This document shows, piece after piece, positions 34,794 through 45,141 of a stretch of 52,289 nt of DNA; the first letter of the stretch is position 1; each line of letters opens with the position of its first letter. The stretch comes from Actinomycetota bacterium (GTDB lineage Bacteria; Actinomycetota; UBA4738; CALAEC01). The translations under genes and the position numbers were made by a program. Under the pieces are notes generated by a model. That model did no database searches, was not told the origin of the DNA, and saw only the letters and a program-made list of their open reading frames with translations. The stretch is from assembly GCA_036396755.1 (NCBI GenBank), contig DASWKG010000112.1:1-52289 (forward strand), written 5' to 3'.

Positions 34794-35252
34794 CTACCCC
34801 TGCTCCGTCCCGGGGCCGGTCCCGAGCGGCGGCGGCCGCTCGAGGAGCTGGTCCTTCTCGAGGATCGCGTCCTCGCGGTTCTGCCACGACAGCTCGAAGC
34901 TGGAGGTGAGCGTCAGGGCCCGCGTGGGGCAGGCCTCCACGCAGAGGCCGCACATGATGCAGCGCAGGTAGTTGATCTGATAGACGCTCGCGTGGCGCTC
35001 CCCCGCCGAGACCGGGCTCGCGGGGTCGTTGTCCTCGCCCTGCACGTAGATCGCGTCGGCGGGGCAGGCCCACGCGCAGAGCTCGCACCCGATGCACTTC
35101 TCGAGCCCGTTGTCGTGCTTGTTCAGCAGGTGCCGCCCGATGTGCGAGCGCGGCGGCAGCTCCTTCACCTCGTCGGGGTACGGGATCGTGACGGGCTTGC
35201 GGAACATGTTCCGGAAGGTGACCCCGAGGCCCTTCATCGTCTCCCAGATCAT
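34794..35252 (-). CDS. nuoI: NADH-quinone oxidoreductase subunit I (complete operon)
   Basis: 152 aa from ATG 35252 (ATGA overlap with nuoH). Motifs [12 protein letters not shown] and [12 protein letters not shown]. Confidence 0.9.
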   Translation of the reverse strand: MIWETMKGLGVTFRNMFRKPVTIPYPDEVKELPPRSHIGRHLLNKHDNGLEKCIGCELCAWACPADAIYVQGEDNDPASPVSAGERHASVYQINYLRCIMCGLCVEACPTRALTLTSSFELSWQNREDAILEKDQLLERPPPLGTGPGTEQG

Positions 35253-36406
35253 GGGACGCGCTCCTGCGGCTGCTCGGAGCTCGCGTCCGCCGGCGGCTTC
35301 TTCTGGAACACGGGGGCCGCCAGCGAGATCAGCAGGGCGACGCCGGCGGCGATCGCGGCCCAGCGGAAGAAGCGGTCGCGGCCGTAGAGGTCGGGGAGCA
35401 CGACGATGGCGCCGGTCGCCAGCACCCAGACGAGGCCGGCCGGGATCAGCACCTTCCACCCGAGGTGCATCAAGCGGTCGTAGCGGAACCGGGGCAGGGT
35501 CGCGCGGATCCAGATGAACACGAACAGCAGCACCGACACCTTGAGGACGAACCACAGGATCGGCCAGAGCCAGGGCACGAAATCGGGCGCCGGGCCGCGC
35601 CAGCCGCCGAAGAACACCGTCACCGCGACCGCCGACACCGTGATCATGTGCAGGTACTCGGCGAGGAAGAACATCGCGAAGCGGATGCCGCTGTACTCGG
35701 TGTGGAACCCGGCCACCAGCTCGGTCTCGGCCTCGGGCAGGTCGAAGGGCGCGCGGTTCGACTCCGCGAGCGCGGAGACGCCGTAGATCAGGAACGCCGG
35801 GAACTGCGGGACGACGTTCCAGATGGAGTCCTGGCGGGCCACGAGCTCGGACATCCGCATCGTGCCGGCGTACATCAGCACCGCGACCAGCCCGAGGGCG
35901 AGGCTGATCTCGTACGAGATCATCTGCGCGGTGGAGCGGACGGCGCCGAGCAGCGGGTAGGTGGACCCCGACGACCACCCCGCCAGCACCACGCCGTACA
36001 CGCCGAGTGAGGTGACCGCGAGGATGTAGAGGACGCCGATGTTCAGGTCGGCGAGCTGGAGCGGGATGTCGCGGCCGAAGAGGTGGACGGTCGAGCCGAA
36101 CGGGACCACGGCGAACGCTAGGAACGCGGGCACCAGCCCGACGATCGGCGCCAGCAGGTACACGGGCTTGTCGGCCATCGCCGGCGTGATGCCCTCCTTG
36201 AAGAACAGTTTGATGCCGTCGGCGAGCGTGACGAGGATGCCGAACGGGCCGGCGCGCGTGGGGCCGAGCCGGGTCTGCATGTCGGCGACCACCTTGCGCT
36301 CGACCCAGATGAGCAGCAGCACGGAGACGAGCAGGGCGGCGAAGACGATCGCCACGCGGACCACGAGGATCAGCCAGTCGGCCCAGTTGCCGGCGTCGAA
36401 GGGCAT
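35249..36406 (-). CDS. nuoH: NADH-quinone oxidoreductase subunit H (complete operon)
   Basis: 385 aa with the motifs [14 protein letters not shown] and [11 protein letters not shown]. Confidence 0.92.
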   Translation of the reverse strand: MPFDAGNWADWLILVVRVAIVFAALLVSVLLLIWVERKVVADMQTRLGPTRAGPFGILVTLADGIKLFFKEGITPAMADKPVYLLAPIVGLVPAFLAFAVVPFGSTVHLFGRDIPLQLADLNIGVLYILAVTSLGVYGVVLAGWSSGSTYPLLGAVRSTAQMISYEISLALGLVAVLMYAGTMRMSELVARQDSIWNVVPQFPAFLIYGVSALAESNRAPFDLPEAETELVAGFHTEYSGIRFAMFFLAEYLHMITVSAVAVTVFFGGWRGPAPDFVPWLWPILWFVLKVSVLLFVFIWIRATLPRFRYDRLMHLGWKVLIPAGLVWVLATGAIVVLPDLYGRDRFFRWAAIAAGVALLISLAAPVFQKKPPADASSEQPQERVP

Positions 36407-38797
36407 CTAGCCGGCCTCCTCGGCCACGACCGCCTCGGCGGCCTCGAGGGTCACGCTCGCGAGCGCCGCGCCGGAGAACAGCGCGTTCGCCCGGAACCCG
36501 GCCTGGTTCCACGGCACGAACGCGGCGCCCGGCGCGATGCCCCCGCTGATCCGGACCGGCAGCATCGCCTCCCCCGCCTCGGTGCGAAGGCGGGCGGCGT
36601 CGCCATCGGCGAGCCCGAGCCGCTCCGCGTCGGCCGGGTGCAGCTCGACGAACGGGTCCTCGTGGAGCGCCCCCTTCAGCTCGTCGGCGTCGACCGACTG
36701 CCGGCCGTCGTCGACGAGCAGCGGGTAGCTGAAGAGGGTGAGCTCGCCGTCCGTCCGCGGGGGCAGCGACTCGGGCCGGGCGCTCCCCACGAGCCACGAC
36801 ATCCGGCGCGGGACGAGCAGCCGTCCCATCTCCTGGTGCAGGGCATCGAGCGAGGTGAAGCCCATGTCGGCTCCCGCCGCCTCCGAGAGCTCCTGGAAGA
36901 TCTGCCAGTCGGGCCGCGCGAGCCCCGGCGGCTCGCGGACCGGCTCGAACCGCTGGCCGCGCCCCTCCCAGTCGGTGAAGTGGCCGGACCTCTCGAGGAA
37001 CGCGGCGGCCGGGAGCGCGGCGTCGGCGTACGGCTCGTACTCGCCGAGCGAGATGTCCTGCACCACCTTGAACGGGACGTTCTCGAGGGCCCGCCGCACG
37101 AGGGCCGGGTCGGGCACGTCGACCAGCGGATCGGCACCGACGAGGAACAGCACGTCGATCTCCCGTCGCGCGGACGCCTCGAGGATGCCTTGGGTGTCGC
37201 GCCCCGCCTCGTGGGGCACCTCGCCCCAGCGCGCCTCGACCTCGGCGCGCTCGGCATCATCCTCCACGCGGCGGCCCCCCGGGAGCAGGGACGGGTGGAC
37301 GCCGGCCCGCATCGCGCCGCGCTCGCCCGCGCGCCGCGGCAGGTGGACGAACCGCGCGCCGGCCTCGTTCGCCACGGCGGCGAGACCGCTCAGCGCGTCG
37401 CCGGGGCTCCCCGCCAGCCGCGACCCGGCGAGCACGATGCCCGCCTCGCCGGCGTCGCGCAGCGCGGCGGCGACCTCCGCGAGCGGCCCCTCGCCCGCGC
37501 GGAGCCCCCACACGGCCTCGGCCTCGCGGCCGGGGAGCGCGGGGACGAACGTCGCGAACTCCGAGAGCGCCGTCCTGCGCGGGTTGACCTCGAAGACGCG
37601 GGCGCCGCCGTTCCGCCACGCCTTGCGGATGCGCAGGTGCAGGATCGGCAGCTCCTCGCGCGCGTCGAGCCCCACCACGACGATCGCCTTCGCGTGCTCG
37701 ACCTCGGTGTAGGTGACCGACGGCGCGGAGCCGGCCTGCAGGCGCTCGATGCCGCCGTCGGCGACCGGCGCGAGCCGGTGGTCGACGTCGTTGGTCCGGA
37801 ACACCGTCCGGGCGAGCTTGGACATCGCGTAGGCGTCCTCGTCGGTGAGACGCCCGCCGCCGAGGAACGCCACCCGTCCCGACTGCGCCCGGTCGGCGAT
37901 CGCGGCGAAGACCTCGCCGTAGGAGGCCGGCTCGAGGCCGGGGACCCGGAGCATCGGCGTCTCGAGGCGGGCGCGGTCGGGGAAGCGGAACGCGTTCCGG
38001 CCCTTGTCGCAGATCCACGCGTCGTTCACCTCGGCGTTGTCGCGCGCGAGGTGCCGCACCACCTCGCCGCGGCGCAGGTCCACGCGCAGGTTGCAACCGC
38101 AGGCGCAGTGGGGGCAGATGGAGTCGCCGCTGCGAAGGTCGAACGGCCGCGCCGCGAACCGGTAGCTCGCGTTCGTCAGCGCGCCCACCGGGCAGATCTG
38201 CACGGTGTTGCCCGAGAAGGGTGACGCGAAGTCCTCGCCGGCCGAGATCGACACCTGCTCGGCGGCCGAGCGGTCGAACAGCTCGATGAAGCGCTCGCCG
38301 GAGATCTGGTCGCAGAAGCGCGTGCAGCGCGCGCACAGCACGCAGCGCTCGCGGTCGAGCAGCACCTGCGGCGACAGCGGCACCGGCTTCGGGTACACGC
38401 GCTTGGGGTCGATGTAGCGGCTCTCGCCGGGCCCGTACGCGAGCGCCTGGTCCTGCAGCGGGCACTCGCCACCCCGGTCGCAGACCGGGCAGTCGAGCGG
38501 GTGGTTGATGAGGAGGAACTCGATCTGGCCGCGCTGGCCCTTGGCCGCCTCCTCGCTGGAGCTCTGGGTGCGGATGACCATGCCCTCCTCGACCGGCGTG
38601 GTGCAGGAGGTCACGAGCTTGCGCTGCCCCTCGACCTCGACGAGGCACGTTCGGCACGCGCCGACCGGGTCGAGGTAGGGGTGGTCGCAGAACCGCGGCA
38701 CCTCGACCCCGAGCGCCTCGGCCGCGCGGATGATGAGCGTCCCCTTCGGGACCGAGAGCTGCCGGCCGTCGACGGTGACGTTCACGCGCTCGGTCAC
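36407..38797 (-). CDS. nuoG: NADH-quinone oxidoreductase subunit G (complete operon)
   Basis: 796 aa from GTG 38797 (GTGA overlap with nuoF). It has an N-terminal 2Fe-2S ferredoxin fold, then [17 protein letters not shown], then a molybdopterin-like domain. Confidence 0.9.
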   Translation of the reverse strand: MTERVNVTVDGRQLSVPKGTLIIRAAEALGVEVPRFCDHPYLDPVGACRTCLVEVEGQRKLVTSCTTPVEEGMVIRTQSSSEEAAKGQRGQIEFLLINHPLDCPVCDRGGECPLQDQALAYGPGESRYIDPKRVYPKPVPLSPQVLLDRERCVLCARCTRFCDQISGERFIELFDRSAAEQVSISAGEDFASPFSGNTVQICPVGALTNASYRFAARPFDLRSGDSICPHCACGCNLRVDLRRGEVVRHLARDNAEVNDAWICDKGRNAFRFPDRARLETPMLRVPGLEPASYGEVFAAIADRAQSGRVAFLGGGRLTDEDAYAMSKLARTVFRTNDVDHRLAPVADGGIERLQAGSAPSVTYTEVEHAKAIVVVGLDAREELPILHLRIRKAWRNGGARVFEVNPRRTALSEFATFVPALPGREAEAVWGLRAGEGPLAEVAAALRDAGEAGIVLAGSRLAGSPGDALSGLAAVANEAGARFVHLPRRAGERGAMRAGVHPSLLPGGRRVEDDAERAEVEARWGEVPHEAGRDTQGILEASARREIDVLFLVGADPLVDVPDPALVRRALENVPFKVVQDISLGEYEPYADAALPAAAFLERSGHFTDWEGRGQRFEPVREPPGLARPDWQIFQELSEAAGADMGFTSLDALHQEMGRLLVPRRMSWLVGSARPESLPPRTDGELTLFSYPLLVDDGRQSVDADELKGALHEDPFVELHPADAERLGLADGDAARLRTEAGEAMLPVRISGGIAPGAAFVPWNQAGFRANALFSGAALASVTLEAAEAVVAEEAG

Positions 38798-40140
38798 GGC
38801 AGCACCTGGTCGAGGGGGATCGTGAAGCCCTCCGCGCCGGCGGTCCGGGGGGTAGCGGCCGCCACGCGCGGCCGCTCCTTCCTCGGGCAGCCGCCGGCGC
38901 GCACGTGCTCGACGTACTCGTCGCGGAAGTGCTTGATGGAGGAGGCGATCGGCGAGACGGCGCCGTCGCCGAGCGCGCATAGAGACTTGAACAGGATGTT
39001 GTCGCCGACGTCGAGCATCGTCTCGATGTCGTCGAGGCGGCCGTCGCCGTGCTCCATGCGGTGCAGGACCTTCGTCATCCACCAGGTGCCCTCGCGGCAC
39101 GGGGTGCACTTGCCGCAGGACTCATGCGCGTAGAACTGCGTCCAGCGGAGCGCCGCGTCGACCACGCAGTCGTCCTCGTCGAGCACGATCACCGCGCCGG
39201 TGCCCAGCAGCGAGCCCGCCTCGGCGACCGACTCGAAGTCCAGCGCCACGTCGATGTGGCCGGCGGTGAGGAACGGCGTCGAGGACCCGCCGGGCGTCCA
39301 GGCCTTCAGCCCCTTGCCGCCGCGGATCCCGCCGGCCAGCTCCTCGATCACGACGCGGGCCGGCGTGCCCATCGGCACCTCGTAGTTGCCGGGCCGCTCC
39401 ACCTTCCCCGACACGCTGAAGACCTTCGTGCCGGTCGACTTCTGGGTGCCCATCCCCGCGTACCAGCTCGCGCCCCTCGCGAGGATGTGCGGCACGGTCG
39501 AGAGGGTCTCGACGTTGTTGATCACGGTGGGCGACCCGTAGAGGCCCGCGACCGCGGGGAACGGCGGGCGCAGGCGGGGCTGGCCGCGCTTTCCCTCCAG
39601 CGACTCGAGGAGCGCGGTCTCCTCGCCGCACTCGTAGGAGCCGGCGCCTCGGTGCACCACGAGGTCGAGGTCGAAGCCGCTCCCGGCGATCCCCCGCCCG
39701 AGGAAGCCGCGGTCGTACGCCTCGCGCACCGCCCGCTCCACCGTGCGCCCCGCCTCGAGGAACTCCCCGCGCAGGTAGATGAACGCCCGGTGGCACCCGA
39801 CGGCGTAGCAGGCGATCGCGATGCCCTCGATGAGCTGGTGGGGGTCGCGCTCCATGAGCTCGCGGTCCTTGAAGGTGCCGGGCTCGCCCTCGTCGGCGTT
39901 GCAGGCGAGGTAGACGGGCTTGCCGGTGTCCTTCGGGATGAACGACCACTTCACTCCGGTGGGGAACCCGGCCCCGCCCCGGCCGCGGAGGCCGGAGGCC
40001 TTCACCTCCTCGGTGACGTCGCCCGGCGACATGGCCAGGGCCTTTCGCAGCCCCTCGTAGCCGCCGCTCGCGAGGTAGCCGTCGATCGCGGCGGCCTCGT
40101 CGTTCCCCCAGCGGGCGGTGACCACGCGGACCTCAGTCAC
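38794..40140 (-). CDS. nuoF: NADH-quinone oxidoreductase subunit F (complete operon)
   Basis: 448 aa with the NADH/FMN site GLRGRGGAGFPTG and the 4Fe-4S motif ESCGKCTPCREG. Confidence 0.93.
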   Translation of the reverse strand: MTEVRVVTARWGNDEAAAIDGYLASGGYEGLRKALAMSPGDVTEEVKASGLRGRGGAGFPTGVKWSFIPKDTGKPVYLACNADEGEPGTFKDRELMERDPHQLIEGIAIACYAVGCHRAFIYLRGEFLEAGRTVERAVREAYDRGFLGRGIAGSGFDLDLVVHRGAGSYECGEETALLESLEGKRGQPRLRPPFPAVAGLYGSPTVINNVETLSTVPHILARGASWYAGMGTQKSTGTKVFSVSGKVERPGNYEVPMGTPARVVIEELAGGIRGGKGLKAWTPGGSSTPFLTAGHIDVALDFESVAEAGSLLGTGAVIVLDEDDCVVDAALRWTQFYAHESCGKCTPCREGTWWMTKVLHRMEHGDGRLDDIETMLDVGDNILFKSLCALGDGAVSPIASSIKHFRDEYVEHVRAGGCPRKERPRVAAATPRTAGAEGFTIPLDQVLP

Positions 40141-40696
40141 GTGGGTCCCCCAGGCCCGCGAGGATGCGCGCGGTGTCCGCGTGCGGCACCGGCTTCGGGC
40201 CGCGGGAGGGCACCGGCGGTTCGCCCGAGCGCAGCGCCTCGATGATCTCGCCGATGCCGTCGGGCGTGACGCGGTCGTAGTTGCAGTAGTTGACCTGCAC
40301 GACCGGGGCGGCGTCGCACGCGCCGAGGCACTCGACCTCCTCGAGCGTGAAGAGGCCGTCGGCCGTCATCGACGGCGCGTCGTCGCCGAGGACCTCGCGC
40401 GCGCGCTCGTACACCTCGCGCGCCCCGACGACCGCGCAGGAGACGTTCGTGCACACCGAGACCAGCCAGGTGCCGCAGTCCCTCCGCTTGAACATCGTGT
40501 AGAAGGTCGCGACGGCCTCGACCTCGGCCGTCGTCAGCCCGAGGATCTCGGCCACCTCCTGCATCCCCTCCCGAGTGACGTGGCCTTCCTGAGCTTGGGC
40601 AAGGTACAGGAGAGGCAGCAGGGCCGACCGGGACGACGGGTACCGAGCGATCAGCTCATCGGCTCTTGCCCGGAGCTCATCCGAGAGCACGCCCAT
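40133..40696 (-). CDS. nuoE: NADH-quinone oxidoreductase subunit E (complete operon)
   Basis: 187 aa from ATG 40696. The 2Fe-2S cysteines are CTNVSC...CLGACDAAP. Confidence 0.9.
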   Translation of the reverse strand: MGVLSDELRARADELIARYPSSRSALLPLLYLAQAQEGHVTREGMQEVAEILGLTTAEVEAVATFYTMFKRRDCGTWLVSVCTNVSCAVVGAREVYERAREVLGDDAPSMTADGLFTLEEVECLGACDAAPVVQVNYCNYDRVTPDGIGEIIEALRSGEPPVPSRGPKPVPHADTARILAGLGDPRD

Positions 40697-41913
40697 CAGC
40701 GGTCCACCCCGCCCATCACCGGGTCGAGCGACGCGACGCACGCGATCACGTCGGCGATCAGACGGCCGCGCACCATGTCGGGGACGGCCTGGAGGCCCAC
40801 GAACGACGGGTCGCGGATGTGGCATCGGTACGGCTTCAGCCCGCCGTCGGAGACCACGTAATAGCCGAGCTCGCCCCGCGGCGACTCGACCGCCGTGTAG
40901 ACCTCGCCCGCGGGCACGTTCACGCCCTGGGTCACGATCTTGAAGTGGTTGATGAGCGCCTCCATGGACTCCTCCATGATGTGGCGCACATAGCGCTCGG
41001 AGTTGCCGATGCCGTCGGGCCCTGCCTCGAGCTGCGCCGGCCACGCGAGCTTCGGGTCGTCGATCATCACGGGGCCCCCGGGCAGCGTCTCGATCACCTG
41101 CTCGACGATGCGGAGCGACTCGCGCATCTCCGCGATGCGAACGAGGTAGCGCGCGTAGCAGTCGGCGCCCTGCTCGACCGGCACATCGAACTCGTACCGC
41201 TCGTAGCCCGAGTAGGGCGCGAGCTTGCGCAGGTCGTGCGCGACGCCGGCGGCGCGGAGCATCGGCCCGGTCACGCCCCACCTCTGGCACTCGGCGGCCG
41301 AGAGCGTCCCGACGCCGCGGTTCCGCTCGATCCAGATGGGGTTCTTCGTGAGGAGGCGCTCGTACTCGTCGATGCGCTCGTCGAGGTCGAGGAGGAGGCG
41401 CTGGATCTCGTCGGTCGCGCCGTCGGGCAGGTCCATGATCACGCCGCCGGGACGGATGTAGGCGTGGTTCATGCGCAGGCCGGTGATGCTCTCGAACACG
41501 TCGAGGATCCCCTCCCGCTCGCGGAAGCCGTAGAGCATCATCGAGAGCGCGCCCAGCTCGAGCGCGCTGGTCGCGAGCCACACGAGGTGGCTCGAGATGC
41601 GGTTCAGCTCGCAGACGAGCACCCGGATCGCCTGCGCGCGCGGCGGCGCCTCGACGCCGAGCAGCCGCTCGACCGACAGGCAGTACGCCAGCTCGTTGAA
41701 GAACGGCGACAGGTAGTCGGCGCGCGTGACGAAGGTCACGCCCTGGTGCCAGGTCCGGTACTCGACGTTCTTCTCGATGCCGGTGTGCAGGTAGCCGACG
41801 ATCGGCTCGCAGTCGACGACGGTCTCTCCGTCGAGCGTGAGGAGCAGCCGCAGGACCCCGTGCGTCGACGGGTGCTGGGGCCCCATGTTGACGACCAGCA
41901 GGTCCTCGCGCAC
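40696..41913 (-). CDS. nuoD: NADH-quinone oxidoreductase subunit D (complete operon)
   Basis: 405 aa with the motifs [15 protein letters not shown] and GYLHTGIEK. Confidence 0.93.
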   Translation of the reverse strand: MREDLLVVNMGPQHPSTHGVLRLLLTLDGETVVDCEPIVGYLHTGIEKNVEYRTWHQGVTFVTRADYLSPFFNELAYCLSVERLLGVEAPPRAQAIRVLVCELNRISSHLVWLATSALELGALSMMLYGFREREGILDVFESITGLRMNHAYIRPGGVIMDLPDGATDEIQRLLLDLDERIDEYERLLTKNPIWIERNRGVGTLSAAECQRWGVTGPMLRAAGVAHDLRKLAPYSGYERYEFDVPVEQGADCYARYLVRIAEMRESLRIVEQVIETLPGGPVMIDDPKLAWPAQLEAGPDGIGNSERYVRHIMEESMEALINHFKIVTQGVNVPAGEVYTAVESPRGELGYYVVSDGGLKPYRCHIRDPSFVGLQAVPDMVRGRLIADVIACVASLDPVMGGVDR

Positions 41914-42393
41914 TCAGTTCCCCCGCTGGTCGGGAGGCGGGATGAAGGCGCCCTTGTACTGGGTGGGCACCCCCCCGAGCGGCTCGTCCTTGCGAAGCGG
42001 GTGACCGGTCCATTCCTCCGGCAGCTCGATGCGGCGGAGGTTCGGGTGTCCCTCGAAGATCACGCCGAAGAAGTCGTAGACCTCCCGTTCGTGCCAGTCG
42101 GCGGTCGGGAAGAGCGGCGTGACCGAGGGGACGCGGAGGTCGTCCTCGGCGAGGCCCACCTTCACACGGACCCGCCACGGTCGCGTCAGCGAGGACAGGT
42201 GATAGGCGACCCACATCCGTGGCTCCCGACCCGGCCAGTCGGTGCACGAGAGGTCGGAGAGGAAGGCGAGCCCCTCCTCGTCGCGGAGCGCGCGGAGCGT
42301 CTCGAGCAGCTCGGCACGGCTCACCGTGACGGTCAGCTCGCCGCGGGCCTCGACGGCGCCGGGGAAGCGGTCGCGGACCTGGGCGGGGATCAG
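41914..42393 (-). CDS. nuoC: NADH-quinone oxidoreductase subunit C (complete operon); start codon uncertain
   Basis: Motif [25 protein letters not shown]. There is no in-frame ATG or GTG between the nuoB stop and the conserved core. The only plausible start is the CTG at 42393-42391, which overlaps the nuoB TGA. Confidence 0.8.
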   Translation of the reverse strand: MIPAQVRDRFPGAVEARGELTVTVSRAELLETLRALRDEEGLAFLSDLSCTDWPGREPRMWVAYHLSSLTRPWRVRVKVGLAEDDLRVPSVTPLFPTADWHEREVYDFFGVIFEGHPNLRRIELPEEWTGHPLRKDEPLGGVPTQYKGAFIPPPDQRGN

Positions 42394-42881
42394 TGGAAGG
42401 TCCCCCGCTTCGAGATCTTCTCGTGGAGCTGGAGGATGCCGTACATGAGCATCTCGGGGCGCGGCGGGCAGCCGGGGACGTAGACATCGACCGGCACGAT
42501 CGTGTCGACGCCCTGGATCACGCCGTAGTTGTTGAACATGCCCCCCGAGGACGCGCACACCCCCATCGAGATGACCCACTTCGGCTCGCCCATCTGGTCG
42601 TAGATCTGGCGGAGCACCGGCGCCATCTTCTGGGAGACGCGGCCGGCGACGATCATGAGGTCGGCCTGGCGGGGCGACGCGCGGAAGACCTCCATCCCCC
42701 ACCGCGCGAGGTCGTTGTGCGCGGCGCCGGCCGCCATCATCTCGATCGCGCAGCACGCGAGGCCGAAGGTGGCCGGCCAGGTCGACTGCTTCCGAGCCCA
42801 GTTGACGGCCTTCGCCAGCGAGGTGGTGAGGATGCCCTTCCTCGCCTCCTCTTCGGCGACCCTCGCTTCGATGCTGCTCAC
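42390..42881 (-). CDS. nuoB: NADH-quinone oxidoreductase subunit B (complete operon)
   Basis: 163 aa from GTG 42881 (GTGA overlap with nuoA). Motifs [19 protein letters not shown] and PGCPPRPE. Confidence 0.9.
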   Translation of the reverse strand: MSSIEARVAEEEARKGILTTSLAKAVNWARKQSTWPATFGLACCAIEMMAAGAAHNDLARWGMEVFRASPRQADLMIVAGRVSQKMAPVLRQIYDQMGEPKWVISMGVCASSGGMFNNYGVIQGVDTIVPVDVYVPGCPPRPEMLMYGILQLHEKISKRGTFH

Positions 42882-43255
42882 GCCCGCACCTCCGGCTCGC
42901 TGGTCCACTCGAGGCCACCCTTGCGCCACACGTAGACGTAGGCGACGAAGACGAGGCCGATGAAGATCGCCATCTCGACGAGGCCGAAGAGCCCGAGCTG
43001 GCGGAAGGTCACCGCCCACGGGAACAGGAAGATCGTCTCGACGTCGAAGATGATGAACAGCATCGCCACCACGTAGAACTTCACGGGGAACCGGTCGCGC
43101 GGCATCTGCTCGGGGACGATGCCGCACTCGTAGGGCGCGAGCTTCGCCGGGGTCGGGCGCTTCGGCCGCACCAGCGACGAGGCGAGCATGGAGGCCACCG
43201 CGAACGCGAGCGCCAGCCCCGCGAGGAGGACGACGGGGAGGTAGTCGGTCAGCAT
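42878..43255 (-). CDS. nuoA: NADH-quinone oxidoreductase subunit A (complete operon)
   Basis: 125 aa from ATG 43255 (MLTDYLPVV..). Motifs YECGIVP and [15 protein letters not shown]. Confidence 0.88.
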   Translation of the reverse strand: MLTDYLPVVLLAGLALAFAVASMLASSLVRPKRPTPAKLAPYECGIVPEQMPRDRFPVKFYVVAMLFIIFDVETIFLFPWAVTFRQLGLFGLVEMAIFIGLVFVAYVYVWRKGGLEWTSEPEVRA

Positions 43256-43313
43256 CGCGCCCCGAATCTTGCGTCGGCCTCGCGCGCCGCGCAAACCATT
43301 CCCCCTGGACCCA

Positions 43314-44552
43314 TCATCGCCGCTCCGGGGCCATGCGCACGATCGCCTTCATCAGCTTCTCGTCGACCTGCTCACCGCCGTCGGCCAGGTTCGTCATGAG
43401 CCGGAAGAGGAACTCCATGAATCGACGGCGCGGCAGCCCGTACCGGACGGAGGCCTCCATGATCGCCGGCCTGCCGATCGCCCGGACGAACGCGCGGCCG
43501 AGCGCGTAGTAGCGGCCGTAGCGCTGGCGGAGGACGGCCGGGTAGACGTGCGCGAGACCCGGGCGGTCGCGGACCAGCGCGTCGTGGATCAGCTCCGCCG
43601 CGATCTGGCCCGACTCGATCGCGTAGGCGATGCCCTCGCCGTTGAAGGGGTTGATGAAGCCGCCGGCGTCCCCGGCGACCAGCAGCCCCGGCACCGCGAG
43701 CGGCCGCCGGTTCATCCCCATCGGGAGCGGGCCCGACAGGATCGGCCCGACCGCGTTCTCCTCGGTCAGCTCCCACTCCCTCGGCACCTGGGCGAGGAAG
43801 ATCTCGTAGATCTTGCGCGAGGACATCTCGCGGAAGTCGCGGAAGGTGTTGAGGAGCCCCGCGCCCACGTTGAGGATGCCGTCGCCGACGGGGAACACCC
43901 AGCCGTAGCCGGGCAGGTAGCTGCCCTCGTGGTAGAGGTCGAGCCACGACTCGAAGAACGGGCCGGGGTCGTGGGGGCTGCGGAAGTAGCGGCGCGCGGC
44001 TACGCCGAGTGGGCGGGCGGCGACCCGGCGGACCCCCGCCTGCCCGGCGAACCGCGACGAGGCGCCGTCGGCCGCCACCACGAACCGGGCCCGGACCTCC
44101 CGGGGCTCCTCGCCCTCCTCCTGCTGGAGCACCGCGCCGGCGACCCAGCCGTCGTGCATCAGGGGCCGGACCGCCTCGGTGCGCTCGGACAGGCGGGCTC
44201 CGGCCGAGGTGGCGCGCCGAAGCATCAGGTCGTCGAGGTCGTGGCGCGTCCGCACGACCCCGTAGGAGGGGAACCCGTTCGTCTCGGGCCACGGGAGCTC
44301 CAGCGTGTGGCCGAAGCCCGTGGTCCGAAGCGCCTCCACCCGCGTGAACCCCGGCTCGGTCGGGTCCACGCCCATCTGCAAGAGCGCCTTCACCCCGCGG
44401 GGGGTGAGCCCGTCGCCGCACACCTTCTCGCGCGGGAACGCGGCCTTGTCGACCACGAGCACGTCCACCCCGTGGTGGGCCAGGTGGTAGGCGGCGGCCG
44501 AGCCGGCGGGCCCTCCCCCGACGACGAGGACGTCCGTCTCCACGCTCACCAC
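43314..44552 (-). CDS. Geranylgeranyl reductase-family flavoprotein (MenJ-like menaquinone / isoprenoid reductase)
   Basis: 412 aa with the FAD motif DVLVVGGGPAGSAAA and KVCGDGLTPRG, which is typical of the geranylgeranyl reductase family. Confidence 0.85.
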   Translation of the reverse strand: MVSVETDVLVVGGGPAGSAAAYHLAHHGVDVLVVDKAAFPREKVCGDGLTPRGVKALLQMGVDPTEPGFTRVEALRTTGFGHTLELPWPETNGFPSYGVVRTRHDLDDLMLRRATSAGARLSERTEAVRPLMHDGWVAGAVLQQEEGEEPREVRARFVVAADGASSRFAGQAGVRRVAARPLGVAARRYFRSPHDPGPFFESWLDLYHEGSYLPGYGWVFPVGDGILNVGAGLLNTFRDFREMSSRKIYEIFLAQVPREWELTEENAVGPILSGPLPMGMNRRPLAVPGLLVAGDAGGFINPFNGEGIAYAIESGQIAAELIHDALVRDRPGLAHVYPAVLRQRYGRYYALGRAFVRAIGRPAIMEASVRYGLPRRRFMEFLFRLMTNLADGGEQVDEKLMKAIVRMAPERR

Positions 44553-44559
44553 CGGACGC

Positions 44560-44577
44560 TCGTGAAACTTTTCACAA
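44560..44577 (-). promoter_or_regulatory. Rex-type operator (minus strand TTGTGAA-AAGT-TTCACGA)
   Basis: 13 of 14 half-site positions match the consensus TTGTGAAnnnnTTCACAA. It lies 8 nt upstream of the GTG start of the geranylgeranyl reductase gene that heads the nuoA-N array. Confidence 0.55.
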
Positions 44578-44622
44578 GCTGGATTCTGGACTCGGCATTT
44601 CGCCCCCGCAAATCGAAAGGGG

Positions 44623-45120
44623 CTAGCGGCCGGTGCCGGAGCGGCGCGCCCGTCGGACGGACCCGCCGTGGTCCCAGGAGCCGACCGAGGCGGCGCGGAT
44701 CCGGAGCATCCCGGGGCGCTCCACCTGCTCGGCGTAGGCTCGGAACGCGTCGCCGGCGAGCAGCGGGCGGTACTTCTCGTACCAGGCCGAGAGCACGCCC
44801 CGCAGGGCGGGGTGCTCGGTGACGAGCGGCTCCGCCCTCCCGCGGATCACGACCCCGGCCAGCTCCTGCCACGCCTGGCCGAGGTGGAACGAGACGGCCA
44901 CCCGCGGGTCGCGCTCGACGTTCCGCCAGCTCGCGGAGTCGCGGCGACAGGAGACGTAGATCGCCTCCTCGCGCCAGACGAACCAGAGCGGCACCACGTG
45001 GGGGCTCCCATCGGTCTTCGTCGAGGCGAGGTGCACGACCGGGAGGTCGCCGAAGAGTCGCCGAGCGTCAGGGAGCCGCATGCCATCGCTACTCATCCCA
45101 CACGGCGACCGTTGAATCAA
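44623..45120 (-). CDS. Pyridoxamine 5'-phosphate oxidase-like (PPOX / F420-FMN-binding split-barrel) protein
   Basis: The motif VVHLASTKTDGSPHVVPLWFVWREEAIYV is typical of the PPOX-class split barrel. The start is uncertain (ATG 45120, 45096 or 45081). Confidence 0.72.
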   Translation of the reverse strand: MIQRSPCGMSSDGMRLPDARRLFGDLPVVHLASTKTDGSPHVVPLWFVWREEAIYVSCRRDSASWRNVERDPRVAVSFHLGQAWQELAGVVIRGRAEPLVTEHPALRGVLSAWYEKYRPLLAGDAFRAYAEQVERPGMLRIRAASVGSWDHGGSVRRARRSGTGR

Positions 45121-45141
45121 TCACCCGGCGCCGCGGGACGC

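Noticed and set aside
11423-43255. Pervasive ATGA/GTGA/1-nt overlaps between consecutive nuo genes as something unusual
   Set aside because: This is standard translational coupling in nuo operons. The only unusual junction, the nuoB-nuoC CTG case, is reported separately.
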